The notes beneath the pieces are model-generated. The model was given only the letters and a program-made list of their open reading frames with translations. It was not told where the DNA came from and did no database searches. Shown piece after piece: positions 1 to 10,792 of a DNA stretch of 64,000 nt. Made by a program: the position numbers and the translations under genes. How positions within the stretch are numbered: position 1 is the first letter of the stretch; the number at the start of each line of letters is the position of its first letter. The stretch is taken from the IMG/VR virus record IMGVR_UViG_3300027816_000052, positions 186,001 to 250,000 of that record; one strand, 5' to 3'.

Positions 1-2
1 TT

Positions 3-806
3 TTTCAATCCTCATTACCTAGAGCGGGGTCAACTTTATTACAAAATATAATAGGACAAAATCCAAATTTTTATGTAACACCGACTTCTGGTGTTCTTGA
101 ATTGGTTTATGCTGCTAGAAATAATTATACAAATTCACCAGAATTTAAAGCACAAGAATATGAATTAATGAAAAGTGGTTTTAATAAATTTTGTCATGAC
201 GGTATGTTTGGTTTTTTTAATGCAATTACAGATAAAAAATATGTTTTAGATAAAAGTAGAGGGTGGGGAATACATTACAATTTTTTAGATGGATTTTATC
301 CAAATCCAAAAATAATTTGTATGGTTAGAGATTTACGAGACATATTTTGTTCTCTTGAAAAAAAGTTTAGGGAAAATCAGCATATGGATTCCGGTTTAAT
401 AGACCACTCAAAAATGCTAGGCACAACAACCGAGAAAAGAGTTGATATTTGGGCAAATAGTCAACCAGTTGGTTTAGCAGTTGAAAGACTATATCAAATT
501 TTTAGGGAAGGAAATAATCAAAAAATGCTTTTTATAAGATACGAAGATTTGGTAACTAACCCAAGAAGAGAAGTTGAAAGGATTTATAATTATTTTGAAT
601 TACCAACTTTTTATCACTCTTTTGATAGAATTGATCAAATAACAAAAGAAGATGATTCTGTATATGGAATATATGGCGACCACACAATCAAAACAAAACT
701 TGAATTACCAAAAAGTAACGCAAAAGAAATCTTAGGTGAGGGTGTTTGTAATTGGATTCAAGACCGTTATAAATGGTATTATGATATTTTTTATAGAAAC
801 CTTTGA
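3..806 (+). CDS. Sulfotransferase family protein (5'-partial; the frame is open from the window edge)
   Basis: Frame 3 is open from base 3 and reads FQSSLPRAGSTLLQNII (PAPS-binding motif), upstream of the track's TTG start at 102. It also has LDKSRGW, IICMVRDLRD and FIRYEDLV. Confidence 0.85.
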   Translation, partial: FQSSLPRAGSTLLQNIIGQNPNFYVTPTSGVLELVYAARNNYTNSPEFKAQEYELMKSGFNKFCHDGMFGFFNAITDKKYVLDKSRGWGIHYNFLDGFYPNPKIICMVRDLRDIFCSLEKKFRENQHMDSGLIDHSKMLGTTTEKRVDIWANSQPVGLAVERLYQIFREGNNQKMLFIRYEDLVTNPRREVERIYNYFELPTFYHSFDRIDQITKEDDSVYGIYGDHTIKTKLELPKSNAKEILGEGVCNWIQDRYKWYYDIFYRNL

Positions 807-1783
807 GTGAATTATTATTTGTATCGGCACAACATGATGTACCTTACTTCCATTGGCAAGCAGAGGTATATATAAATAATTTTATTGAAAAGGGAGTACC
901 CCCAGAAAATATTCATGTTATTTTTTCTCTTCATAATGGCGCGGACAAACCATCTAAGGGTGCTAGGACGCTAAAATTAAAATATGGTAATGTTCATTTT
1001 TACAAAGATGATAGAGAAAAAACTCATTATATTCCAAGCATAAAACCATTTTTAATTTCAAAGTGGTTAAAAGAAGAACCAAGCAGAGGTAATTTATTTT
1101 TTTTACATGATTCCGATATTCTATTAACCAGAATTCCTAATTTTTCAAAACTTTTAGATGACGATATTATTTATATGTCTGATACTGTTGGATATATAGG
1201 TTATAGTTACTTAAATGAATGTTCTAAAAGATATGAACAAAAACATCCAATATTATCTGAAAATAAATTAATCGATGAAATGTCGGAAGTTATTGGATTA
1301 CATCCTGAAACAATAAGGATAAATCAAAAAAATTCAGGCGGTGCTCAATATGTTTTTAAAAAACAAGAATGGAAATTATGGGATAAAATCCATAAAGATT
1401 CAACTGAATTATATGATAAACTTTTAAGTTTTCATAAAAAATATCCAATTTCTCCCGGTGAAATACAATTTTGGACCGCTGAAATGTGGTCCATTCTATG
1501 GAATATGTGGTATGCGGGGTATAAAACCGAAGTGGTGAATGAATTAAATTTTTCTTGGGCAACCGATGACATTCACAAATATGAAACAAACCCAATTTTT
1601 CATTTAGCTGGAATTACCGAACAACAAAAAAACGAAAGATTTTATAAGGCGGATTTTATTAATAAAAATCCGTTAGACTCATTAAGAAATAATATTGATT
1701 TTTTTGATTATGTTGATAAAAATAATGCAACATATAAATACGTTGAAAATATGAGGTTGCTTGTTAAAAAACAAGGTTACTGA
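803..1783 (+). CDS. Putative O-glycosyltransferase resembling plant hydroxyproline O-arabinosyltransferase / peptidyl-serine galactosyltransferase (HPAT/SERGT)
   Basis: Motifs PYFHWQAEVY, YIPSIKPFLISKWL, DxD-like HDSD and WTAEMW match my recollection of that family. Confidence 0.55.
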   Translation: MSELLFVSAQHDVPYFHWQAEVYINNFIEKGVPPENIHVIFSLHNGADKPSKGARTLKLKYGNVHFYKDDREKTHYIPSIKPFLISKWLKEEPSRGNLFFLHDSDILLTRIPNFSKLLDDDIIYMSDTVGYIGYSYLNECSKRYEQKHPILSENKLIDEMSEVIGLHPETIRINQKNSGGAQYVFKKQEWKLWDKIHKDSTELYDKLLSFHKKYPISPGEIQFWTAEMWSILWNMWYAGYKTEVVNELNFSWATDDIHKYETNPIFHLAGITEQQKNERFYKADFINKNPLDSLRNNIDFFDYVDKNNATYKYVENMRLLVKKQGY

Positions 1784-1807
1784 TTATTTATGTTTAAAGA
1801 ATAGAAT

Positions 1808-3658
1808 ATGGCTGATTATCAACTTAGAGATTGTGCAAATAATGATTATCTATTCATTTTAAGTGCATATACGTTAACCTCCCTATCAACAGGGTCAACA
1901 TATTTTATTGAATATACCGGAAACACATCGAATGGAGCGCAACCATACTCTGGTTGTTCTACTGTCGTAAATTTTTCAGGCTCCGGATATACCTTTGAGG
2001 GTTCTTTTGTTACAGTAACAGCGACATATACTTCATGTGAAGAGTGTTTAAGTGCTAATACTCTTTGTGATATTGGAAAATATTGCTTAAATACAAATTT
2101 TGTAGATACAATAAGTTATGACGGTGATTATCAAGTGGTTGGTTCATATAATGGTAATTATTTTTATACTGCAACAACAAGTGGAGTAACCGCAGTTGTT
2201 TATTATGACGGTAATAAATGGTGTTTGTCTAGTTCATTGGGTGGTTCATGTATTTTATTTGGTGCTGAACCTTGTCAATCAATATGTCCAGATATATGTG
2301 ATGATATATTTTTTACAGGTCAATGCCCAACGACAACCACAACAACTACGTGTCTAATTAATTTTGATGCGATTTTTGATTGCACACCAACGCCAACACC
2401 TTGTCAAATATGTTGTATATGCTCACCATCTTCTTGTGATTGGCAACCATATACTGGTACATCATGTGTTTGTATTCAGACAACGGCGGCAACAACACCA
2501 AATTCAGCAACCACTTACAGTGCAATTAGTCAAACTTATTTTGAATATTCAGAATTTGGAACTTTTATTTATGATTCGGGTTATTCAATTGACGGTACTG
2601 GTACCACTGTTTCATATTTAACAGGAACAACAGTTTGGGAAAATACGGGAAATACTTCAGGAAATACTATAATAGATGGTCCATTAAATAGATCGGGTAT
2701 TTGGACAACATTAACAGGTGGAACAGATTTACCAGAGGATACTTGGATTGGTTATTCTTTCTGCATTGAATCAACATCGGCAAAAACTTATTATGTTGGT
2801 CTAGGTGCTGATAATAAGTTCTCATTTAGACTTAACGGGCAAACAGTTGTTCAATCTATTTGGAATGATACAACATCATTCAAATATTGGCATGTTTATC
2901 CTATTGATGTTCCTCAGGGAACAAACGTCATTGAATTATTTGGTTTAAATACTAGTTCCGATGCGGCATTTGGTTGCGAAATTTATGATAATACATTATC
3001 TGAATTGACCGCAGCAACGGTTTATAGTGATTTAAATATTATTTATACAACATCTTCACAAATTGGCGGTATTTTTGATTTGGTTGCTGATTCTGGGTTT
3101 ACTTATTTAACTTCAGGCTACACATGTCCATCTGGTTATGTCTATCAATCTTGTAGTGGTAATTGTTTATCATACACAATATGCGATAACGCCATTACAC
3201 CCACACCAACACCGGTACCAACATCGACACCATTACCAAATCCATGTTCAGCAACAAGTATTGATATAACAATTACAGCAATAACATCAATTACAACGAC
3301 AACAACCACATCAACAACAACAGTACCAACAGTTGGACTTAGCGGTAGTAGTGTATTTGAATTAGTTAATACCGTATTTATTTGTCCTGATGTTGTTAAA
3401 AAATTACAAAGTTGTACAACAGGACAAATTTATTATACTGTTGATAATTTAGTTACCGGAACAACATACGTTCAGACTGGAGAAACGATTAATGCATTAT
3501 TTAATGGTGAATATGATTGTGCAACTTATCTTGAGGATGTTATGAATATTTCACCAAATACTGTTGTGACTGAAATTAATGCGGTATTCTGCGATTGTAA
3601 TAACTGCGTTCCGGCAACAACCACAACAACATCAACTACAACAGATTGTTGTCCATAA
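1808..3658 (+). CDS. Cys/Thr-rich probable virion (tail/fibre) protein with a beta-sandwich domain and mucin-like linkers
   Basis: 616 aa with poly-Thr and PTPTP tracts, many Cys, and a YVGLGADNKF...WHVYPI domain. Confidence 0.6.
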   Translation: MADYQLRDCANNDYLFILSAYTLTSLSTGSTYFIEYTGNTSNGAQPYSGCSTVVNFSGSGYTFEGSFVTVTATYTSCEECLSANTLCDIGKYCLNTNFVDTISYDGDYQVVGSYNGNYFYTATTSGVTAVVYYDGNKWCLSSSLGGSCILFGAEPCQSICPDICDDIFFTGQCPTTTTTTTCLINFDAIFDCTPTPTPCQICCICSPSSCDWQPYTGTSCVCIQTTAATTPNSATTYSAISQTYFEYSEFGTFIYDSGYSIDGTGTTVSYLTGTTVWENTGNTSGNTIIDGPLNRSGIWTTLTGGTDLPEDTWIGYSFCIESTSAKTYYVGLGADNKFSFRLNGQTVVQSIWNDTTSFKYWHVYPIDVPQGTNVIELFGLNTSSDAAFGCEIYDNTLSELTAATVYSDLNIIYTTSSQIGGIFDLVADSGFTYLTSGYTCPSGYVYQSCSGNCLSYTICDNAITPTPTPVPTSTPLPNPCSATSIDITITAITSITTTTTTSTTTVPTVGLSGSSVFELVNTVFICPDVVKKLQSCTTGQIYYTVDNLVTGTTYVQTGETINALFNGEYDCATYLEDVMNISPNTVVTEINAVFCDCNNCVPATTTTTSTTTDCCP

Positions 3659-3681
3659 ATGGTTAAAAAAACTAAAATATA

Positions 3682-6318
3682 ATGTCTTATCAATATTGTA
3701 GTGGTGGTTCTTATTGCTTTTCTTCAAACACTACTAGTGTAACAGCAAGTACTATTGGTTGTTTATCTAAAGTAGATAATGTTCAATATAGTATTAATGG
3801 TACAAGAATCTATAATACAAATTTTACTAATGAATCGATTTATGCTGAATTTCCATCTGACCCCGGATTTTTGGGTATTCAAGCGAATTTAACTTCACCA
3901 GCAACTCAGTGGGGATCAACAGGAAATTCAATTTTTGGTCCCATGAATAGACAAGCTGTTTGGTATGACGGAGATTGCAATGGGTCAACAGAAATAATTT
4001 CAGGTGAATTAACTCTTAGTTATTATTTTTATAATTCAGGAACAACAAATCAGTATTATCTAGGTTTTGGGGCTTGGATTTATCCAACAGGACAAATAAA
4101 TTTAACAATAAATAATGATATTATTTTATCTGGTGATGCGTCTATAATTGGTTCAAATTCACAACTCTATCATAGATTTTGGCACATAATTCCAATTACT
4201 TTACTATCTTGTGATAATCATATTAATTTAACAATTACTTCGTCAGGTATTATTCAAAATGCGGTTGGTTTAGTAATATATGATAGCACATATTCTGAAA
4301 TTATTAATGCGACTAATGATAATGATTTGGATATTATTTATAGTACAAATTCTTTATTAACCACAGCAGGAAAAACTGGACCTTTTGTTAAGGCGGGATG
4401 TCCGTCAGGATACATGTTAAGCGCAAATACGCTTACTGCAACTTGTATAACAACAATTTATACTGGTTGTACCTGTAATTGTTGCGATAGATACCAAATT
4501 GGTAGAATATTTGGAAATGATAATTTTGTGTATAATGATTGTAATAATCAACCAAAAATTATAACAAATTTAAATGCTGGTGAATCAATACAAATTTGTG
4601 CATGTTCTATAATAACTCCTAAAACACTATTGGGTAATAATACTTGGAGTGCGGGTAATGGTCAATTTAGAATTGTTTTAATAACATCTTGTGATAGTAG
4701 TTGTATACCAATTCCCGATGGTCCTCCCCCAACACCAACACCAGAACCAACTTGTTCTGATTGTGGATTTACAATGATTTCAGTTGGTGATAGACATACG
4801 GTGGGTATTAGTGGTGATACATTATTTTCTTGGGGAAGCAATTCAGTTGGTCAATTAGGTTTAGGATATACTGGCGGTTCTTTCTATATACCACAACAAA
4901 TGATAGACCCAACAAGTGGTGCATACCCTTGGGTTTATGTAGAAGCTGGTTTAGAATCAACATTTGCAATCAATTCAAATGGGGATTTATTTGTTTGCGG
5001 TAATTCTTCCTCAAATAATGGTGGAGATCAACTAGGATTAAACGATGGTATATCTAATATTGATACATTAACTCAAGTCACCTCACCAACCCCAAATGGG
5101 TGGTTAAAAATATGGTCAAAAAATACAGCAACAATTGCTCTTAGAAGTAATGGTACAATTTGGGGAACAGGTTTTAATGAAAAATATCAATTAGGTTTAG
5201 GTGATAATTTAGATAAAATGCAATTTACACAGATTGGTTCTGATACAGATTGGGAAGAAATTGCTAGAGGATTATTTCATACGCTTGGTTTGAAAAATAA
5301 TGGAACTATTTATTCTTGGGGAACTAATTTAACAATTCCTCAGAGAAACCCATTAGGATTAGGTGCGGGACCAGCTAATCAAGAAGCTCAAATACCAACA
5401 CAAATTACAATACCAACATACCCATTATATTCAAATAGTGTTGTGTTTAATCAAATATCCGCAGGAAATTATCATTCCGTTGCATTAGCTGATAACACAT
5501 CAATATGGGGATGGGGACAAAATACCCAAGGTCAGTTAGATTGCTTTAATTGTGGTTCGGTTGATAATTCAAGACCGTTTCCTATGGATGGTGGAATTTC
5601 TGTAAATCCACCAAGTTCTCAATCTGAAGGTGCTAATACAAATTCAGGATATACATCAGTAATAGCTGTTGGTGATATGACATTAGCCATTACGTCTGGT
5701 ATAACTTTAAATTTTGCACCATTTACTGCACCAAATGGTGTGAATTGGACACCGAATTTAAATGGTGACAGAATTTGGACTTGGGGTGAAGGATATGGAT
5801 CAAATGTAAAAACACTTTTACAAGACAATATTGATAGAATTAATTTAGAAACAAAAAATGATTGGTGTTATGTCTGGGCTGGTGGTCAAGCGGAACAAGG
5901 CGGCATTGGAACTCAAAACTTAGTTTTTTTCGCAAAAGATATTAATGGTACAATATTTACATGGGGTACCAATTCATACGGTCAGTTAGGCGTTGGACAA
6001 AACCCAATTTGTCCTGTTTGTGATAATGACTATGTTAATCCAATTGGGTTGTGTTTTAACTCAATAGATTCGGAATGTCCATGTCCTGATTGCGAATGTG
6101 TTACATATACTTTAAGCAATTATTCTACACTTGAAGTACCGTTTACTTATATTGATTGTAATAACACATTAATAAATTCAATATTAGGTAGAGGTGGTCT
6201 TGGTCCATCGACAACAACTGTCACAATTTGTGCTTGTTTAAATACAATAGTTATTGATGAAAATATCAATCCTAATTTTGTTAATATAACAACAGATCAA
6301 ACCCCTTGTGAATCATGA
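3682..6318 (+). CDS. RCC1-repeat protein, probable virion/adhesion protein
   Basis: Repeated WGSNSVGQLGLG, WGQNTQGQL, WGTNSYGQLG and ISAGNYHSVAL motifs. Confidence 0.75.
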   Translation: MSYQYCSGGSYCFSSNTTSVTASTIGCLSKVDNVQYSINGTRIYNTNFTNESIYAEFPSDPGFLGIQANLTSPATQWGSTGNSIFGPMNRQAVWYDGDCNGSTEIISGELTLSYYFYNSGTTNQYYLGFGAWIYPTGQINLTINNDIILSGDASIIGSNSQLYHRFWHIIPITLLSCDNHINLTITSSGIIQNAVGLVIYDSTYSEIINATNDNDLDIIYSTNSLLTTAGKTGPFVKAGCPSGYMLSANTLTATCITTIYTGCTCNCCDRYQIGRIFGNDNFVYNDCNNQPKIITNLNAGESIQICACSIITPKTLLGNNTWSAGNGQFRIVLITSCDSSCIPIPDGPPPTPTPEPTCSDCGFTMISVGDRHTVGISGDTLFSWGSNSVGQLGLGYTGGSFYIPQQMIDPTSGAYPWVYVEAGLESTFAINSNGDLFVCGNSSSNNGGDQLGLNDGISNIDTLTQVTSPTPNGWLKIWSKNTATIALRSNGTIWGTGFNEKYQLGLGDNLDKMQFTQIGSDTDWEEIARGLFHTLGLKNNGTIYSWGTNLTIPQRNPLGLGAGPANQEAQIPTQITIPTYPLYSNSVVFNQISAGNYHSVALADNTSIWGWGQNTQGQLDCFNCGSVDNSRPFPMDGGISVNPPSSQSEGANTNSGYTSVIAVGDMTLAITSGITLNFAPFTAPNGVNWTPNLNGDRIWTWGEGYGSNVKTLLQDNIDRINLETKNDWCYVWAGGQAEQGGIGTQNLVFFAKDINGTIFTWGTNSYGQLGVGQNPICPVCDNDYVNPIGLCFNSIDSECPCPDCECVTYTLSNYSTLEVPFTYIDCNNTLINSILGRGGLGPSTTTVTICACLNTIVIDENINPNFVNITTDQTPCES

Positions 6319-6527
6319 TACAAGTAACAATAAATAATATAACAGGTCAGACACCATATGATATTTATGTTTGTGATTCTGATGAAGATAACTGTTTTTG
6401 GATAGCAACAATTTCATCATTACCATATGATTTTATTATACCACCACCGTATGATATTATGGAAACTTTTTGTATTAAAGCGGTGGATGGTAATGGATGT
6501 GAAATAATAAATTGTCAAACACCATAA
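6315..6527 (+). CDS. Small Cys-containing probable structural protein
   Basis: 70-aa ORF coupled to both neighbours. Confidence 0.6.
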   Translation: MIQVTINNITGQTPYDIYVCDSDEDNCFWIATISSLPYDFIIPPPYDIMETFCIKAVDGNGCEIINCQTP

Positions 6528-6528
6528 A

Positions 6529-8430
6529 ATGGGATTAATAGGTAGCGGAACAACTAATGAATGTAAAGTGGTAACAATTTTTCCACTGGGTGTTGAGTGT
6601 AATACAACAAATCCGTCAACATCACTTGCACTTGACGGTATCGCGTCATTAATAATTACAGGGGGAACAGCACCATATAATATACAATGGAGTAATGGTG
6701 CAACAAGTCAAACTTTATATGGTCTTGGTGGTGGTGAATATACCGCAACCGTTACAGATTATTACGGTGATTTTACCTCAGTTACCACTTGTGTTTTAAT
6801 ACAACCAACAACAACCACAACAACATATACAACAACGACAACAACAATACCTTATACCTCAGGTGTTACTTTTTGTTTAAGTAGATGTAAAACTAATATC
6901 TGTGATAATTTTACATTCCAAGCCGGAAATATTATAAATGGATATAATTCTTGGACATCAAGCACATTAACAGTTTATTATGATATAATAACTAATAGAT
7001 GGATTTTTGATGGTTATACCGCACCATTAGGCTACAATGCTGGTATTACATATGCAAATGACCCACCAACGGCTAATCCACCATTATCTTGGTTGGTTGA
7101 AGGTTCAAATTATAGACCTGAGGTTTATGCTGTGGTGGGAAATTGCGGTTCTCAGACAGCAACATTTTCTAGGTCGATAACAAATTCAGCTTGTCAATCT
7201 TCAAAAGACGGATCAATAATTGTAACCCCTAATGGTGGTTCCGGTTCTTATTTATTTTCAAAAAATGGTGGATTAACCTATCAATCATCTCCTGTTTTTA
7301 GTAATTTAGATTCTGGGTCATATACAATAGTAATTAAAGATACTGTAACAAATTTAACAAAATCTGATGTTGTGGTTGTATCGAACACAACAAATACAAG
7401 AACTTTTAGTTTGAACTTCTCAACAACAAGTCCAACAACAGTATATACACCACCAACTAATGTTTATGATATAATTCAGCAATTCTCACAAACGAAAGAA
7501 ATTATACCATTTGTAATCACACCAAACCCAATATTACAAGTTGGTGAAACTTTAACTTTTGATTTTGACTTTAGAACTAATACTAGTTTTCAGTCTCCGG
7601 GTAATGCTGTATTTACAAATAACTTATTATTATATAAAAACGGTAATTTATTAACAGGTTTAACGTCTACAATAACTAATACCACCGTTGGTTCCGGCGT
7701 TTGTTCAGCAAATACACTAACATCTGTAACGTCTATAACACAATATAATTCTGTTTCATTAACATATGGTGATACATTAAGTGGTAGTGTATATTCAAAC
7801 ACATCATTATCAGCAACATCGTCTGTATTAGGTTGTACATCGTCAGCAAATAATCTTGTGTCATATGGAACTAAAAATTTAACAATCACACCACAAAAAT
7901 GTCGCTCAATTAGTTCCGGATTGGTAAAAAATACACAATTCACAAACAATTTAAATTATATTTTACCGCCATTAAATATATCATTTACAAACAAATGGTT
8001 AACAAATACCGAATCAGCACTTAGTGGATTTACATATGGCGGAAATGTAAATAACCCAACATCTCCGGGTACAACACCAAAAATATCATATAATTTTACA
8101 ACAGGTTGTTTAATACAAAATACTAGTTGCTTCCCATTAGCAAATACTGTAAATGGTGGACCATTAACCGGAGTTACCACAAATCAATTAACGGTACAAG
8201 CTGGAACAAGAGGGGGTATTATAAATTTATGGTTACAATTAGGTGGGCTTTTAAGTGGTGGTGCATGTGCAAAAATATTTGGAACATTAAAGGTTTCTAT
8301 AAATTCTGGCGCATATACTACTTTAACGACATTAAATGGTGGTTTAGGTACATGCTCAACAACATATTCATATGTTATTCCATTAAATGCAAATTCTATT
8401 GAATTTTTATGGGAACAAACGAGAATCTAA
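6529..8430 (+). CDS. SprB-repeat-containing probable virion/adhesion protein
   Basis: ITGGTAPYNIQWSNGATSQTLYGLGGGEYTATVTD and NGGSGSYLFS...FSNLDSGSYTIVIKD are SprB-type repeats. Confidence 0.7.
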   Translation: MGLIGSGTTNECKVVTIFPLGVECNTTNPSTSLALDGIASLIITGGTAPYNIQWSNGATSQTLYGLGGGEYTATVTDYYGDFTSVTTCVLIQPTTTTTTYTTTTTTIPYTSGVTFCLSRCKTNICDNFTFQAGNIINGYNSWTSSTLTVYYDIITNRWIFDGYTAPLGYNAGITYANDPPTANPPLSWLVEGSNYRPEVYAVVGNCGSQTATFSRSITNSACQSSKDGSIIVTPNGGSGSYLFSKNGGLTYQSSPVFSNLDSGSYTIVIKDTVTNLTKSDVVVVSNTTNTRTFSLNFSTTSPTTVYTPPTNVYDIIQQFSQTKEIIPFVITPNPILQVGETLTFDFDFRTNTSFQSPGNAVFTNNLLLYKNGNLLTGLTSTITNTTVGSGVCSANTLTSVTSITQYNSVSLTYGDTLSGSVYSNTSLSATSSVLGCTSSANNLVSYGTKNLTITPQKCRSISSGLVKNTQFTNNLNYILPPLNISFTNKWLTNTESALSGFTYGGNVNNPTSPGTTPKISYNFTTGCLIQNTSCFPLANTVNGGPLTGVTTNQLTVQAGTRGGIINLWLQLGGLLSGGACAKIFGTLKVSINSGAYTTLTTLNGGLGTCSTTYSYVIPLNANSIEFLWEQTRI

Positions 8431-8452
8431 ATAATTATAGTAAAGGATATTG

Positions 8453-10789
8453 ATGTCATATATTTTAAAAAATACAAATAAAATAGTAAATACCCAGATT
8501 ACAGATGTGGGTAGAAGAAAACTATCACAAGGGAAATTTAAAATAAAATATTTCCAAGTCGGTGATAGCGAGATATTTTATAATGCCATTTCTGGATATA
8601 ATCAAAGTGATAATTTTATTTTACAACCACAATTTAATTCACAAAATGACACAGGTATACCTGAAAGTAATAAAGCAAATATTAAATATCCGTTTTATTT
8701 AGATGAAAATCTAAATAATACTTATGGTTTACCTTATATGAGTTCAGACTTTGATTCTGTATTTGAAAATGTCCCATCTAGAGGATTTTTTACTGGTTCT
8801 AGTGGGTCTTGGTCTGCAATAACTCAAGCGGGATATTTAGTAACATCAAATTATTATATTGATTTATCCTCAGTAACCGGAGGAACAAAAATAACAGTAA
8901 TTAGTGGGTTTTGTAATACAACAACACCAATTGTCTTTACCGGTTGTTGTGATCCAATAACATCAACAACCACAACGACAACAACGTCAACAACCACTCT
9001 TGGTCCTTGTGATTTAACCGGTACAACAGCAACAACTACTTGTGTAATAAGTGGTAATACAAGAGAAGAGGGTGTACCCATCGTTGGTGATTTTGTAACG
9101 ATTATTTTTGATTGTAACGCTGATTGTGGTGAACTTGGTAGTTATCCAATCTTAACATATAGAATATGTTGTATATTAAATGATGTTTTTGTATTGGATA
9201 GGGAAATACCTGACTTAGCATCATTAGGTTATACTGGACAAGCACAATTATTAATTTATCCATCTGGGTTTACGGGATTTTATGATTACGAAACACCCGA
9301 ACAATATTGGAATCCTGAAACTATAAATTTTGAAAGTAGTTGTGACATCTCTAATGATTATGTTAAGATTTGGAATATGGCAATTCCTTGGAGTGAATCG
9401 CCAGCAGGTATTTTTTCTTCAAAAACAAAAGATGTTAATTATTTTGCTAGTAAAAATTATCTAGGTTCAAAAGAATATTTTGGATATCAAACAAACTCTG
9501 GTCAAAAATTTATTAATTCTTCTGGAATTACCACCACAACGGATACTTTTTACTACAATTCTTTTGATGAACAAATTTATGTTGAACCAAAAGACCAGAA
9601 AGCAATTGCAATAATTCATTATACAAATCAAGGAATTGATTTTGAATATGGTGAAAAATTTGCAACACAAGAACTTAATGCTGAAACATCTGGAACAACA
9701 GGATTAGCACAAAACTTTAAATTAGATATTCCTTGGTTATTATGGCACAAAACAACAGGTAACACAATTGGTGAAACATTCTATATTGATCCTCCGGGTT
9801 ATAGTGGATTAAATGTTTGTTATATGGTAACTGAAAGGTATGATATGGTTTCTCAGGGTATGAGGTATTACCATCTTTGGGATTTAAATCCAGATTCGAA
9901 TGGTAATTTGAATAGGGTTGGGAAGGTTTACCCGGATTCTAAAATGGTAATCATTGATGATGAAGAAATTATTGCTGCAATGTCTTATAAAGCAAACAGA
10001 AACTGGACATTACCAGCACCGAATATTAGTTTACTTTCACCAAATTTATGTCAAAACTATTCATCAATTAATGAGGGGTTATTAACTAATAATCAGGAAT
10101 ATTTGTGGTTAACATATCGTTTTGATAATAGTACTTTTACAAATTCATTGCATTGTAACTATTATAGTGTAATACAAGGACCAGACCAAGAATGTGACCC
10201 AACACAAAAAAATATTGTTGTTAGATTTGGTGACGAATTTCCATTCTTAAGAACTGGTACAACATGTAATACCGGATTTTATGCTGAAAAAATAATAATT
10301 TTAGCTCAAAAAGTTATTGGAAATCAGAGACCTTCCCCAACTAACTGGAAAGAAATTGATGTTACTAATCAAGTTTCCGCTTCAACTTTATCATCTGGAT
10401 ATTTAACAGTTAATTCATTAACTACAACTTCATTTATAATTGATAAGATGTTATATGATAATGGTGCAACATATAATTTAGATTCATACATTTCATTACC
10501 CGACCTTAATGAAACCAGTAATTGCTTAAATTTTGGTGATGAATATTATTTCTATGGTAATATTGAAACAGATATACAATCAACCATTTATCAGATGAAA
10601 TATGTTGTTAATTTAACAAATAATCAGTTTAAAATTAGTAGTAACCCAACATGGTCAGCAAATACTTCAACATATGTTACTGAAATTGGTTTATATGATG
10701 AGGATAAAGATTTAGTGGTTATTTCTAAATTACAGTCGCCACAAGTAAGAGAAGGCATACAACAATTCGCAGTTTCATATATATTTTAA
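8453..10789 (+). CDS. Probable baseplate/tail structural protein, paralog A
   Basis: C-terminal YVTEIGLYD...LVVISKLQSP motif typical of tail collar/baseplate proteins. Collinear with the next gene. ATG at 8453. Confidence 0.6.
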   Translation: MSYILKNTNKIVNTQITDVGRRKLSQGKFKIKYFQVGDSEIFYNAISGYNQSDNFILQPQFNSQNDTGIPESNKANIKYPFYLDENLNNTYGLPYMSSDFDSVFENVPSRGFFTGSSGSWSAITQAGYLVTSNYYIDLSSVTGGTKITVISGFCNTTTPIVFTGCCDPITSTTTTTTTSTTTLGPCDLTGTTATTTCVISGNTREEGVPIVGDFVTIIFDCNADCGELGSYPILTYRICCILNDVFVLDREIPDLASLGYTGQAQLLIYPSGFTGFYDYETPEQYWNPETINFESSCDISNDYVKIWNMAIPWSESPAGIFSSKTKDVNYFASKNYLGSKEYFGYQTNSGQKFINSSGITTTTDTFYYNSFDEQIYVEPKDQKAIAIIHYTNQGIDFEYGEKFATQELNAETSGTTGLAQNFKLDIPWLLWHKTTGNTIGETFYIDPPGYSGLNVCYMVTERYDMVSQGMRYYHLWDLNPDSNGNLNRVGKVYPDSKMVIIDDEEIIAAMSYKANRNWTLPAPNISLLSPNLCQNYSSINEGLLTNNQEYLWLTYRFDNSTFTNSLHCNYYSVIQGPDQECDPTQKNIVVRFGDEFPFLRTGTTCNTGFYAEKIIILAQKVIGNQRPSPTNWKEIDVTNQVSASTLSSGYLTVNSLTTTSFIIDKMLYDNGATYNLDSYISLPDLNETSNCLNFGDEYYFYGNIETDIQSTIYQMKYVVNLTNNQFKISSNPTWSANTSTYVTEIGLYDEDKDLVVISKLQSPQVREGIQQFAVSYIF

Positions 10790-10792
10790 GAT

